Shown here piece after piece: positions 20,229 through 31,617 of a stretch of DNA of 36,304 nucleotides. The notes beneath the pieces were generated by a model. It saw only the letters and a list, made by a program, of their open reading frames with translations, was not told the origin of the DNA and ran no database searches. The stretch comes from Fonticula alba ATCC 38817 (Eukaryota; Protista; Nucleariida), in NCBI GenBank assembly GCA_000388065.2, contig KB932217.1, one strand, 5' to 3'. A program made the translations under genes and the position numbers. Each line of letters begins with the position of its first letter. Position 1 is the stretch's first letter.

Positions 20229-22439
20229 GACAGCGGGAGCAGTTTGCTCATCCGGTCGATGATGGGTGCGCGCTAGGGGCGGTTGCCATGTGGGCCTGGC
20301 AGTGGCCACCGGATTCGAGTGCCATGCGAGCAGGATGCCGGGTGCCCCATGGCAGCGGCCACCGTGGGTGGGGTCATTTTGCCCCCGACAGCCGCGGGCG
20401 TTGGCCGTCTTGCAGTGCCCTGTCGCGCGCCATGGGGCCTGGCACGCCTCGGGAGCCTGGGTGTCGGCGTCAGCCGGCCCGGAACCCCCGGGCCCGGGCC
20501 GACGCGTGTGCCGTGCCTCGGGGCGCCACTTGGCACCGGCCGGCCATCCCGGGGGCGTGGTGCGCTTTCTCCCTCGCCCTCGCGTGCCTGCGCCCTGGGG
20601 CTGTCCTCCGCCTGGGCTGTGGGTTTGCGTCTTCATGTGAAGCGCGCCGGCATGCGGGCCCCCCCTCCCGGGCGCATCGCCGCCGTAGCCCCGGTCGCGT
20701 GGACCGCGCCCCGCCACTGCTCTTGCCTGTCGGCCATGCCCATGGTTTCTCCGGCGCCTCTGTCGGTGTGTCTGCCGCGCGCGCACGCGCGCATGTGCCT
20801 GCGGGCCCCCTTGCCTGCCGGCCGGGCTGGCCCGGGCCGTGGGACCGGGCTTTCGCTGCGGCGGTGCCTCCCCGGCCGGCCGCCTGACCCGGGTCCCTGG
20901 CCGGGGCGAACACACCTCGGGGCCGAGGTCGCGCGGCTGCACCGGGCCCCCCCGTCCATGACATGCATGTGGGTCCGCGCCCGGCGCATGCCCGGGGGGG
21001 GATGGGCCTCCCAGGCGGGGGAGGGCGAGACGGCCTGGGCATCGACTCCCGGCGTGCTTGGGGCTGGGTCGGCGCTCGGCCGCAACATCCGGCGGTTCGT
21101 GTGCCTCTCCTCGCGCCGGTCGGCTGCTCTCGGCCTCTTTGTCGGTTTGTCCGTGTGGGTGTCTACGCGTCGGCATGTGCCGGCGTGGGAGCGGTCGGCG
21201 CCTGGCGGGCGTCGGCACAGCCGGCCGGCCTGCCCTGCCATGCTCGGCTCCGCACGGCAGCCTCTTGCGCTGGGGAGCGCCCGGCCACATGGCTGTGAGG
21301 GGGGACCCTTCTCCTGGGGCTTGGGCCCGGCCGGGAGCGCGTCGGCGTCACATCAGCCGAGGGCCGAGCCCTGCGTGTGTCGCCGGCCATGCCGGTCCCA
21401 GGGGGACCTTCCCTGGCCGGGAAAAGGGGCCAGGTCATGTGCCAGTAGATGCCGAGGAGGCAGCCACCGCCGCGCCTGGCGAGGCGGTGGCCCGGCGTGA
21501 GCCGGGGGAGCAGAGGCTAGGGGGGGGGGGGGGCTGCGGCGGCTTTCGGTGCACTCGCCAGGGTCCTTGCACATGCCGGTGGTCTTCGGGCGGTGTCGGG
21601 CGTGCGCCGTCGCCGAGGTGGCAGCTTCTGGGGTCGGAGGTGCAGCACCGGCTGCCTGCGGACAGGGCCGCGCCATGGACAACATAGGCCAGAGGGAGGG
21701 CGGGCCGAGGAGAGCACTGGGCGCTGCAGGGGCACACAAGTGGCACATTTTTGGTGGGGGCATCGGTGTGTGCCGAGAGCCGGACATTCTGGCCCCCGGG
21801 CGCGGGCGGATGAATGGACACACATACACACACACGGAGGGGGCAGGCCGCGTGTGCGTGCGTGCGCCCGCCGGAGGAGTGCCCTGCTCGGCGTTGGCAC
21901 CGTAGCCCGCGCTTTGACCAGTCAGGCCAGCCGCTCGGGCGCGCCGCCCCGGGCCCGCGCATTGCCATCGGCCTGTCCCCCCCCCCCCTTCCCGGGCAAC
22001 GGAGGCGGACACACGCGGGGTGCGGAGGATCGCCCGCGCGTCCCGGGGTGGTCCTTGCCGCCGGCGGCATGCGGCGCGCCAGAGGACGGTCCTTGGCACG
22101 GCGCGAGACGGTGCCAGGTGCCAACCCAGCCGCGCGCATGAGGGGCCGCGTTGGCGCCTTGCCCCGGGCCACGGCACGGGCCGGGGGCGCGGCCGTGCCA
22201 ACTTGCCGGCGGGGGCCCGCCCGGTCAGGCCGGCTGGCGGGGGCGACCAGCCCGGTCGCGGCCCGGTGCGGCCCGGTGCGCCTCGGCCTGGCGGCCTGGC
22301 GTGAGCGGCCCCCAGACGGGGTCGGTCACTGGCCCCCGGGCGGAGGGCCCCGTGGCTGTGTTTGCATGGGCGCCGGGGTCGATCGGGTGTGGCGGCCTGC
22401 ACAGTGCGGGGCCACGCCTGCCCGCCCCGCCGGCCGTGG

Positions 22440-22440
<1 letters not shown>

Positions 22441-22479
<39 letters not shown>
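22441..22479. repeat. (CA)n microsatellite upstream of paralog C
   Basis: Direct reading. Confidence 0.95.
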
Positions 22480-22480
<1 letters not shown>

Positions 22481-22817
22481 GGCCGCTCGTTGCGGCCTGC
22501 CCGAAGCGCGGGCCGGACGTTGCCTCCGGGCGCGGCGGCGGCGGCGGCCAGGCCGGGACCCCGGGACTGCACCGGCCCCCAGGCGTGTGCCTCCTTCCGT
22601 GGCCTCGCACAGGGGCGGGACCCCCAAGAGGCCCCTGTGAATGGGGCCCCCCTCGGCGGCCGGCCGGCGCGGGTCGAGGCACACCCCCGACTCTCCCCTC
22701 CCCCGCGCTTGTCTGTCCTCACCTGCTCGGTTCCGCCCGCTGCCTGCGTGACCCCTCTCCGCCCCAACCTCTCTCTCTCCCCCCCCCCTCCCCCCCTTCC
22801 CGAGCCCCCATCGAGTC

Positions 22818-25800
22818 ATGGCCGGTTTGCCGGCACTGGCCCAGTGGCCGGCCTTGGCCGCGGTGCTCCTGGTGCTCGGCATGCTGGCATGCTCGCGCGC
22901 GCAGGACATCCACCTCCATGCCGCGCGGCAGCCGATCCTGAGCAGGCCCGAGCCGGTGTCCCTCATTTTGGCGCCCGGTGGCGACATGTTTGCCATGGTC
23001 CGCGAGAGTAATGTAGCCTTCTGGTTTGGCATGCTCGTCGATGCGGGCTTCTACATGAGGGAGCACCGGTGGGGCTTGTACTTGCTGGACCACGGCCTGG
23101 GCCTTACCTCGGGGGATCCCAACAACCCCGGCACCGCGGCCATCATGGTCCCCCGGGGGTTCAGCCCGTACCATGGCAACCTCCTGGAGCACACCCTCGA
23201 TGGGGTGGGCTTCTTCGGGGACCCGCCCCCCTATGCGTTTCGCTTGCCGGGCGTCCGGCTGCTGGCCGGATCGTCCAGCCTACTTAGCGCGAACTTCCTC
23301 GGGCTGAGGCAGGACCCCGGCCCGGGGCAGGTGGTGTACCTGGGGGCGCTTGACATCCTCATGGTCGAGGACATCGAACACAACATGCCCCCGGTGGTGG
23401 GGAATGCCCTGGCCATTGCGGCCTCCCGGGGGGCGTTCTTCCTGATCGACGACATGCACCTGCAGCATGTGTCCTTCATCGGCCAGGGCCCGGCCACGGT
23501 CAAGCACATCGCCAGCCCGGGCAGGGCGCTCCAGCTGGAGGTGGCGGTCTTCCCCGAGGCGCTGGCCGAATGCCCGAGCGTGGACGAGGCGGTGCTGGTG
23601 CTGCTGGACACCGGCCGGGTGTGGGTGTGCACCTGCTTTGGCAGCCCCGAGCAGCGGATCATCCCCGGCGGGGACCTGCCGGCCGGGGTGCCGGTGGCCG
23701 GGGCCCGGCTGATCACCCTCCCGACCGGCAGCCCGACAGGCATCCGGCCGCCGGTGTACCTGTCGGCCGCCGGGGCGAGTGACGCGCGCAACCGGCTCTG
23801 GCAGGTGACCCTGGTCCATGGGGCGGTCCAGTGGCGCCGGGTGGTTCTCCCCCCGGCGGTGGCCCATGTGTCCGGCATGCAGCTGGCCCTCAGCAGGACG
23901 GCATACGGCCGGGCCCACTGGGTCTTGGCCGACGCCGAAATGCGGGTTCTCTTCGACGCCGATGCCTTCCACTGTGCCACCGACTCGAGCATTGTCTGCG
24001 ACCGGGAGGGGCTGTCCACCGGGTCGCCTCTCGGGTGGACCTGCGTCGCGGGTCACGTCGAGGCGCCGCTGGTGTCGGAGACGGTCCTGTGCGCCGGGTG
24101 CGCCGAGGGCCACTATCTACACCGGCCTGATGGTATGTGTTTTCGTGTTTTCGTGTTTTCGTGTTTTCGTGCTTGCGTGTATGCGTAGCTGTGTGTGTGC
24201 GCGTAGCTGTGTGCGCGTAGCTGTGTGCGCGTAGCTGTGTGCGCGTAGCTGTGTGCGCGTAGCTGTGTGCGCGTAGCTGTGTGCGCGTAGCTGTGTGTGT
24301 GTGTCTCTCTGGGGCTATTTGTGCCTGTGGGTGTGTATCTTTGTGTGTGTGCTCGCGTGTTCAAGGCACCTCGACAGGCTTTTGTCTGGCTCTTCTCTCG
24401 CCCCAGTCGGCCAGGCAACTGACCCGCGGAGGACATCGCCCCAGGGGAGGCGCCCTTTGCCCAGCCGGAGCACGAGTGCCGGCCATGCGCGCAGGCGGGC
24501 TGCCGGACGTGCGACCAGGACCACTGTCTGGTGTGCGCGGAGGGCATGCTGCTGGAGCCGAGCGGCCCGGCCGGCCGGACCGTCTGCGTGGCGTCCTGCT
24601 CGGCCGGCTTCCGGCCGGTGTCCGGCATGTGCCTTCCGAGCGGTGGCACCCTGCCGGGCATCGGCCTGACGGTGCCGGTGGCGGCCAGTCTCCTGGCCGG
24701 GCTGGGCCCCGGCGACCGGGTCACCGCCATCGGCCCGACGTGGCTGTCGGTGGACGCGGCCTCCGGCGTGGCCATCCTGCCGGCCAGCGCCAGCGGCCCG
24801 GCCACGGGGGTGCTCCTTTTCACGGAGCACCTCAAGTCCTACATCCTGCCGGCCGAGGCCGTCGGGGCCCCGGGGGCGCATGCGGCGGCGGAGGTCCGCC
24901 TGCTGAGCGAGGACCTCGCCAGCCCGGTGGTGGGCTTCGTCGACGCCGGGTCCTCCCGTCGGGATGGGCAGCTCTTCCATGGCCTGGTCATGGTGGGCCG
25001 GGATGGCCAGGCCCAGCTGGCCAGGCTGACGTGCCCGGGCTCGGGGGCATGCCATGCCGGCGAGCTGGACTCGCCGAAGTTCCTGCTCGACAACTGCTCC
25101 AACAGGGTTCGGCGGTTGGGCCATTTGGCGATCGCCCTAGACCGGCCCCGGGAAGGGGTCCTGGTGGTGTACCTGAGTGGCCTGCTGGACCGTTGGTCGG
25201 TGCATGCCTTCTCCGCCGCCGAGCTGGTGGTGCTCGATATGTATGACAGGGTCCGGCGCGCCGAAAGCCACACTGGCACCTGGATGCTGCTGCCGACCGA
25301 GGCCGGCAATGCCAGCCTCTCGCCGGATTCGGCTTTCGGGGCGTACCCGGCGGGCTTGCCGCCGTTAGCCGGGCGCTTCTTGGCCGACTCGCTGGCGCCC
25401 GGCCGGGGCTTTGTGCCGGTGATGCTGGCCCGCGGGCCCGGGGCCCGGGTGTCGGGGGAGCTGCTCTTCACCGGGACCGTCGGCACGGCGTGGCATGTGG
25501 TCCATGTGCCCGGGGACATGGTGCCGGCCGGGCGATCGACCGGCCTGCCCTCCAGCCGCCATGCCATCGGCACCTTCCCCCGGGCATTGGAGCCCCCGGC
25601 CGGGGGGGGGGGCGCACCACGATGCCCTGTTCCAGGCGGTGGCCCTGCCGGCTGGCGGCCCGCGGTACCCCAGCGCGCTGCTGCTGCTGTCGCGCACGTT
25701 CGTCGGGCTGTCGGTGCTCCACTGCCCGGGCGGGCCGGCCGGGGCGTGCGCCCTGCTGCCGGCGGTCTTTGCGGACCTGCCGGCGGAGCTGCGGCCGCCG

Positions 25801-28800
25801 GCCGGCACGGCCCTCTGGACCCCGGCGGCGGTGGATTTCGCGCCGGCCGGCGGTGTGTCCGCGCGGTCGCCCGGCTCGGGGTGGCAGATCGATTTCCTGA
25901 CCATCGCGCCGGCCACCGGGCCGGTGGCCTTTTCGCTGGTGCTCAGCTGCCCGGCCGGGTCATATGGGCCCATGTGCGATGGGTGCCATCCCACGTGCGC
26001 GGCCTGCGCCAGCCCGGAAGAGCCGGAGCACTGCACCGCATGCGCCCCCGGCCGGGCGTGGCTCCATGGCCGGACGTGCGTGAGCGAGTGCCCGGCCGGC
26101 ATGTGGCCCGATGGACCGGCGTGCCGGGCCTGCCCGGGCGAGTGTGCGACCTGCACCTCGGCCGCCGCCTGCACCGGGTGCGTGGCCGGGCGCTTCCTGT
26201 CGGGCACGCACGCGTGCGAGCCGTGCGACGGGTCGTGTGCCCGGTGCACCGACGACCGGAGCTGTGACGCTTGCCGGCCGGGGTTGGTCTTTGCCGGGGT
26301 CGACCCGGGGGTGCCCTCGCGCTGCACGTTGGCCTGCCCGCCGGGCGAGTTCGCCGGGCCCGCCAGGTGCACTTCGTGCGGGCCTTCCTGCGACCTGTGC
26401 GCCGGCGGGGCGGCATCGTGCACCGTGTGCGCCGAGGGCTTCCGCTGGGCGAGCCAGCCGGGCCCCGGGGGCGCTGGCCCGTGCGTGCCCTGCGACCCGG
26501 GGTGTGTGTCCTGCACGGCGGACCGGTGCCTGGTCTGTGGGCAGGGGCTGCTTCTTGGGCCGGATGGGGCATGTGTGGGCTCCTGCCCGGACGGGTGGTG
26601 GCCCAACGGCGAGTCGTGCCAGCCGTGCGATGTCAGCTGCGGGACCTGCTCCGGCGGCGATGCCGCGCAGTGCACCGGGTGCGGGACCGGGCTGGATCTC
26701 GTGGCGGCCGGCCCCGGCGCGGTGGGGGCCTGTGTGTCCGGCTGCCCGGAGGGCGAGTACCGGGACCTTGGGTCGATGGCGTGCCGGGCCTGCGACGCGG
26801 CGTGCGCCACGTGCAACGGCCCGACCGATCGGGACTGCTGGCGGTGCAGGGAGGCCCTGCTGCAGGATGGCGACTGCGTGCAGGCCTGCGCCGCCCGGCA
26901 TGTGGCCCTTGCCGGGCGGTGCCTGCCCTGCCATGTGTCGTGCGACGCGTGTGCCGGGACCCGGAGCACCGAGTGCCTGGAGTGCGCCGACGACCTGCTG
27001 GGCCTGCCGGCCGGGCAGGCGCCGGCCCGGTGTGTGCCCGCCTGCCCGGCCGGGTACAGCCCCTCGGCCGGCGGGTGCGCCGCCTGCCCGGCCCACTGCG
27101 CCAGCTGCCCGGGGCTGAGCACCGTGTGCGGCCTGTGCCAGCGGGGGTGGCTGCTGGCCCGGCCGGACTGCGTGCAAAGCTGCCCGGAGGGAACCTCGTC
27201 GCTGGGCAGCGAGTGCTTCTCTTGCCACGAGGGCTGCGGCAGCTGCTTTGGGCCGGGGCCCGACCAGTGCCTGTCCTGCCCTGGGCAGGGGCTGGTCCTG
27301 GTGGCCGGCCGCTGCCTGGCCGACTGCCCGGCCGGCATGTTCCCGGACCGGGGCACCTGCACCCCCTGCAGCGACACGTGCGCCGCGTGCACCGGGCCCA
27401 CGGACAGCGAGTGCACCCGCTGCACCGGGGATAGGGCGCTGCTGCGGGGCACCTGCCGGGCCGGCTGCCCGGGGCGCTTTTTCCCCGCGGACAATGTGTG
27501 CCTTCCGTGCGGGGCCCGTTGCGCCAGCTGCCAGGACGCGAGTGGCTGCACCGGCTGCGAGGAGGGGCTCATGCTGCGGCCGGATGGCGGCTGCGCCGCC
27601 GGCTGCCCAGCCCGGTCGGCCGAGTGCCCGGCCCGGGCCCGGTGCGTCCCCTGCTCGGGGGAGTGCGCCGCGTGCGAGGCCTTCGGCCCGGGGTGCGAGG
27701 CCTCCTGCACGCGCTGCGAGCCGGGGCATGTTCTGTCGGGCGGCGCGTGCCATGTTGCCTGCCCGGCGGGGGAGTTCCTGCCGGCCGGTGGGCACGCCTG
27801 CGAGCCGTGCTCGGCGGCGTGCCGGACATGCTTTGGCGCGGCGGGCCAGTGTACCGGCTGCAATGGTGGCCTCCTGCACCCGGGCGAGGGCATGTGCGCG
27901 TCGGCCTGCGCCGGGGCGTCGGCCCCGGTGGCCGGCGTCTGCCTGAGCTGCTTGGCCGGGTGCGAGCATTGCGAGGCCGGGCCCGGCCAGCCGGAGTGCA
28001 CGGTCCAGGCGGCTGGCCAGCTGGTCTGTCCGGAGGTTGCATCCTGTAGCCGCTGCGCCCCGGGCCGGCTGCTACTGCCGGGCCGGACGGCCTGTGTGGA
28101 GGTCTGCCCGGCCGGGCACTTCGCCGATGCGGACGGCCAGCCGGCCGTGTGCGCCCCCTGCCATGCGAGCTGCACCGATTCCTGCACCGGCCCCGAGGAG
28201 GGTGACTGTGTCTCATCCTCCAGACCCAAGTCCTCGCGCGTGGGCCTGGCCGTGGGCCTGTCGGTGGGCCTGCTGCTGCTGCTGATCCTGCTGGTACTGC
28301 TGGTGCTGTTCCTCGTGCGCCGGCGCCGCGGGCAGGCCACCGCGAAGGCGCCGGCCGACGACGAGGACGCCACCGAGCTGAACACCATTGTGGAGCTGGC
28401 CCTGCCCGGGGCCATCCTGGTGGACGTGGCGGTGGACTTCCGGCCGCTGGACGAGACCCTCGGCGCCGGGACCCAAGCGAGTGTCTACGCGGCGCAGGCG
28501 GTCGGGGCCGGGATCGTGGCCCGGCTGGGCTGCCCGGAGGTGGTGGCCGTGAAGAAGATGCGCATCGAGGCCATGCAGCCGGTGCACCATGCCCTCTTCC
28601 AGAATGAGGTGGCGCTGATGTGGCTGCTGCGCGAGCATGGCCACATCGTCCGGCTGTTCGGGTACAGCGCCCGGCCGCCGGCCATCGTGCTGGAACGCTT
28701 CGACGGTGACCTGGATACGCTGCTGCACTCGGAGGTCCCGCTGTCGGACCTGCAGCTGGCGGACATCTGCCAGCAGTGGGCCGCCGGGCTGGAGGCCATG

Positions 28801-29316
28801 CACGCGCACGGGGTGGCCCACTGCGACCTGAAGCCGGGCAATGTGTTTGTCAGCCGGACGGCCGCTTCCTGGCGGGCGGCCCTCGGGGACCTGGGCACGT
28901 CGAAGAACCTGAGCGCCGACCGGTCGTCGGCCCTGCTGAGCGCCTTCCCGGAGCTGAATGCCATGTCGGTGCCGTATGCCGGGCCGGAGGTCCTCCAAGC
29001 CTTCCGGCGGAGCGCGCCCCTGGACCGGGGGCACTTCTTCCCGGCCGATGTGTACAGCGCCTCGGTCATGCTCTACGAGTGTCTGACGCGCGCGGCCCCC
29101 TGGCCGGGCATGGATGCTGGCCAGATCACGGCCGCGGTGCTTGGAGGCTCTCGGCCGCGTGTGGCCGGCCTGCCGGGGGCCGGGCCGCTGGCGGCGGCGC
29201 GCGACCTCATCGAGGCCGGCTGGCAGGCGGAGCCCGGTCGGCGGCCTCCAGCGGCCACCGTCCGCCAGCGGTGCGCTGCGCTGTTTGTCTCGGCCAGTGG
29301 CTTGGCTCTCTCTTGA
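22818..29316 (+). CDS. Paralog C: single-pass receptor Ser/Thr (TKL-like) kinase with furin-like Cys-rich stalk, ~2061 aa if the frameshift is corrected; exons 22818-24132, 24445-29316; one extra G in the run at 25602-25612
   Basis: Leader MAGLPALAQWPALAAVLLVLGMLACSRA|Q. Donor ATG|GTATGT at 24133; branch ACTGAC ~24418; acceptor CCCAG at 24444 (YLHRPD|GEAPF). Cys repeats 25948-28210; TM 28240-28317 followed by RRRR; kinase motifs GAGTQA, VAVKK, HCDLKPGN, DLG, GPE, DVYS; TGA at 29314-29316. Spliced length is 6187 nt (3n+1), consistent with one surplus base. Confidence 0.9.
24133..24444 (+). other. Spliceosomal intron of paralog C (312 nt, phase 1)
   Basis: GTATGT...CCCAG at the same codon position as the introns of A and B. 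Confidence 0.9.
24183..24300. repeat. 8x 14-bp repeat (GCGTAGCTGTGTGC), plus 3x 9-bp TTTTCGTGT at ~24140-24168, inside the paralog C intron
   Basis: GTAGCTG at 24185, 24203, 24217, 24231, 24245, 24259, 24273 and 24287. Confidence 0.93.
25948..28210 (+). other. Furin-like / growth-factor-receptor Cys-rich repeat array (roughly 15 units)
   Basis: Recurrent CxxC(H/D)xxCxxCxGPxxxxCxxC...C...CPxG pattern. Repeat count estimated by eye. Confidence 0.85.
28240..28317 (+). other. Transmembrane helix of paralog C
   Basis: VGLAVGLSVGLLLLLILLVLLVLFLV followed by RRRR (positive-inside rule). Confidence 0.92.
28447..29290 (+). other. Protein kinase domain, Ser/Thr type (LKPxN), TKL-like, non-RD
   Basis: Gly loop at 28462, VAVK at 28543-28554, HCDLKPGN at 28819-28842, DLG at 28888-28896, GPE at 28981-28989. 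Confidence 0.93.
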
Positions 29317-31578
29317 AAAGGCGCCTGGCCGCCCGAGGCGCGCTGCTGGCCCCGGCCATACAAGCAGCCAACCCGCGGCGTGGCACATTGCGTGCAGTGG
29401 TAGTGGGGCGCAGGGGGGGGCGCGGGGGCCGGGGGACGTTGACTGGGCTGCGATTCGCCCGCGAGAGGGGCGGCCACTTGGCCAGCACAAGGAGTACCCA
29501 CTCGGCGAGGCGGTCAGGCGCAGCTGGAGAGCTCCAGCAGGGTGCACATCCCCGCGCGGGAGCGATGCCGAGCGGGAGGCCCCGGGCCCCCGCGTGGATG
29601 ATCACGCCCGAGGGACATGGCCACACGGCTGTCTTTCGCTGGGGATGATATGCTTTGCGACAATAGAAAGTACCTCCTTTTGCGTGTTGGGGGAAGTGCC
29701 CTCCGGGCAGCGAGCCGGGCTTCCGACCGGTGGGTCGCCGGCTCCTGCCACATACCAACGCATCATAGTGGCCCCCAATGATTGGGGAGCACCGCACCCG
29801 GGGCAGAGGGGGCTATTTCTTTCCATTTGCCCGGCCCGGACAGCCGAGGGGGGGGGGGGCAGCCGCTTGCTCCGGCGCAAGCACGGCAGGGTGGCGGCTG
29901 CGGTGGTGCCTGGGCGGGCGTCGGGCCTCTTGCCGGTTTTCCATTGCTGGTGCCCTTGACGCACCTGGGGCGCTGCTCGCGAGGGCGGGCCCCTCGATTC
30001 GCGCCCGGCTCCGCCGGTCCATGGAGGACACCGAGCCACCTTGAGTCGTGGGTCCAGCAGTCAGCCAGACACGGGTTCCGTCGCGGCCGGTCCCGGGTCC
30101 GACCTGTCGCGTCCGGATGGCCCGGAGGGGGCGGCAGCCATGCTTGCCCGTGCGGGCCGGCTCCCGAGAGCCTGTGCCTGTGTGCATCGCATGCGGCAAG
30201 GGGTGACCCTCTTCCTTGGGGCCGGGGCTCCGAGCCACGCGCACGCGCGCGCGCGCGCGTCCCATTGCTCCGGGGGTGGGGATGGCCCTCTCCAGAGCCA
30301 GCGTTGGGTTGGCTTTCTATCTGGGCCTGCTGATCCGCTTGATGGGCAGCAAGGCAAGCAGGGTGGAGGCCGGCGTATTTGCCCAGCGCCTCCTGCGTGT
30401 TTGATGCATTGTCCAAGGGTCCGGGAGGCAGGGCCGGGCCGAGGCATGGTCGCGATGCGGGGCGCGCCCGGCATCTTGCCGGGGTGCCCCTCGGCCGTTT
30501 GGTTGGTGTGTGGAAGCTGTGCCGCGCTCGTGCCTGGTTAGCCTCGGCGGTCGGGCGCATGGGCACATACAAGCAGGCAGGTGCCTGCCCTCCTGGTGCC
30601 CGGCTGCCTCGGGGCAGCCCGGTGCGCGCGCGTCCATCGGGGGACCGGTGCCATGTGTCGTGCTGGCAGGCTGGCCCCGATGCCCACGTCGGCAGGGCGC
30701 GCGCCCGGACCGGATGTCCTGGTCCGCGGCCGGCGCGGTGGGCCGGCAGCAGCGTCGCATTTTTGCCGGGGGCCGGGGGCCGGGCGGCGGTCCCGTTCGG
30801 CAGCCGGCCGTGTGCGCGCGTGAAGGGGCATCCCCAGCGCGCCGGCGGCCCGCCTGGGTCTCCTTGACATTGCCCGGCCCCCGGCGAGGGCCGACCCGCG
30901 GTGGGGCTGCCTTCCCTGCGGCAGGCTGGCCGAGACCGGGCATCGCGCCGTGGGCCCGTGTCGGCTTGTTCCCCTGCCTCTGGCGCGGGGAGCGGGCCGT
31001 GCTGGAGCCGGGGGAGGGGGGGATATTTTGTCCGGCCGCAGAGGCCCCTCCGGGGTGTTTGTGCCATCCGGGCCGGCAGTGGGTCTCACATGGCCGGCCG
31101 TGCTCCTGGCACCGCTGGCAATATCTCCCAGTGTCCCAAGGGAGGCCCCGCCCTCTCTTGTGTATTTCATGTTTGCCCGTGGCCTCTCGTCTTCTGGCCC
31201 TGCCTGGCCCGCCCCCCCCCCTGGACTTGGGGCCCGGGGTGGTCGGGCGCGTGGGGCCGATTGTGTGCTGGGTCTCGCGGACTTGTCAACTTGGGCGGCG
31301 GAGCCGGCACAGCAGGTGTCAGCCGGTCGGGGGTGGTCTTACGCCGGGAGATCCCCGGGGATGGGGGGATGTTATTTTTTTTTTCCCGGCCCATGGAGAT
31401 GTCTTTGGTGCAGGGGCTCGGAACAGGGGCCCATAGTTGGAGGCCGGGCTCGATCGGTGGCCATGTCTGGGGGTGGGGCGAGGGGGGGGGGGCACGCCGT
31501 CGCGCGGTGGCCGTGGCGGTGGGCGGCCACGGTCGGGAGTATTGCCAACGGACCAGCTCGGGCTGTTGGCGCGCGGCG

Positions 31579-31586
31579 GTGTGCGC

Positions 31587-31617
<31 letters not shown>

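Noticed and set aside
25495-25700. A small intron explaining the frame change in paralog C
   Set aside because: Sequence on both sides aligns continuously with A and B, leaving no room for a removed segment. It is not strictly excluded without RNA data.
25948-28210. Proprotein convertase (PCSK5-like) or Giardia VSP identity
   Set aside because: There is no subtilase domain or VSP CRGKA tail; only the generic Cys-repeat type is shared.
28447-29290. Calling paralog C a receptor tyrosine kinase (EGFR/insulin-receptor-like) because of the furin-like repeats
   Set aside because: The catalytic loop is DLKPGN (Ser/Thr type), not DLAARN/DLRAAN, and there are no L-domains.
29773-29787. Perfect inverted repeat CCCCAAT-G-ATTGGGG
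   Set aside because: A 7-bp arm is expected by chance in 36 kb, and there is no supporting context.
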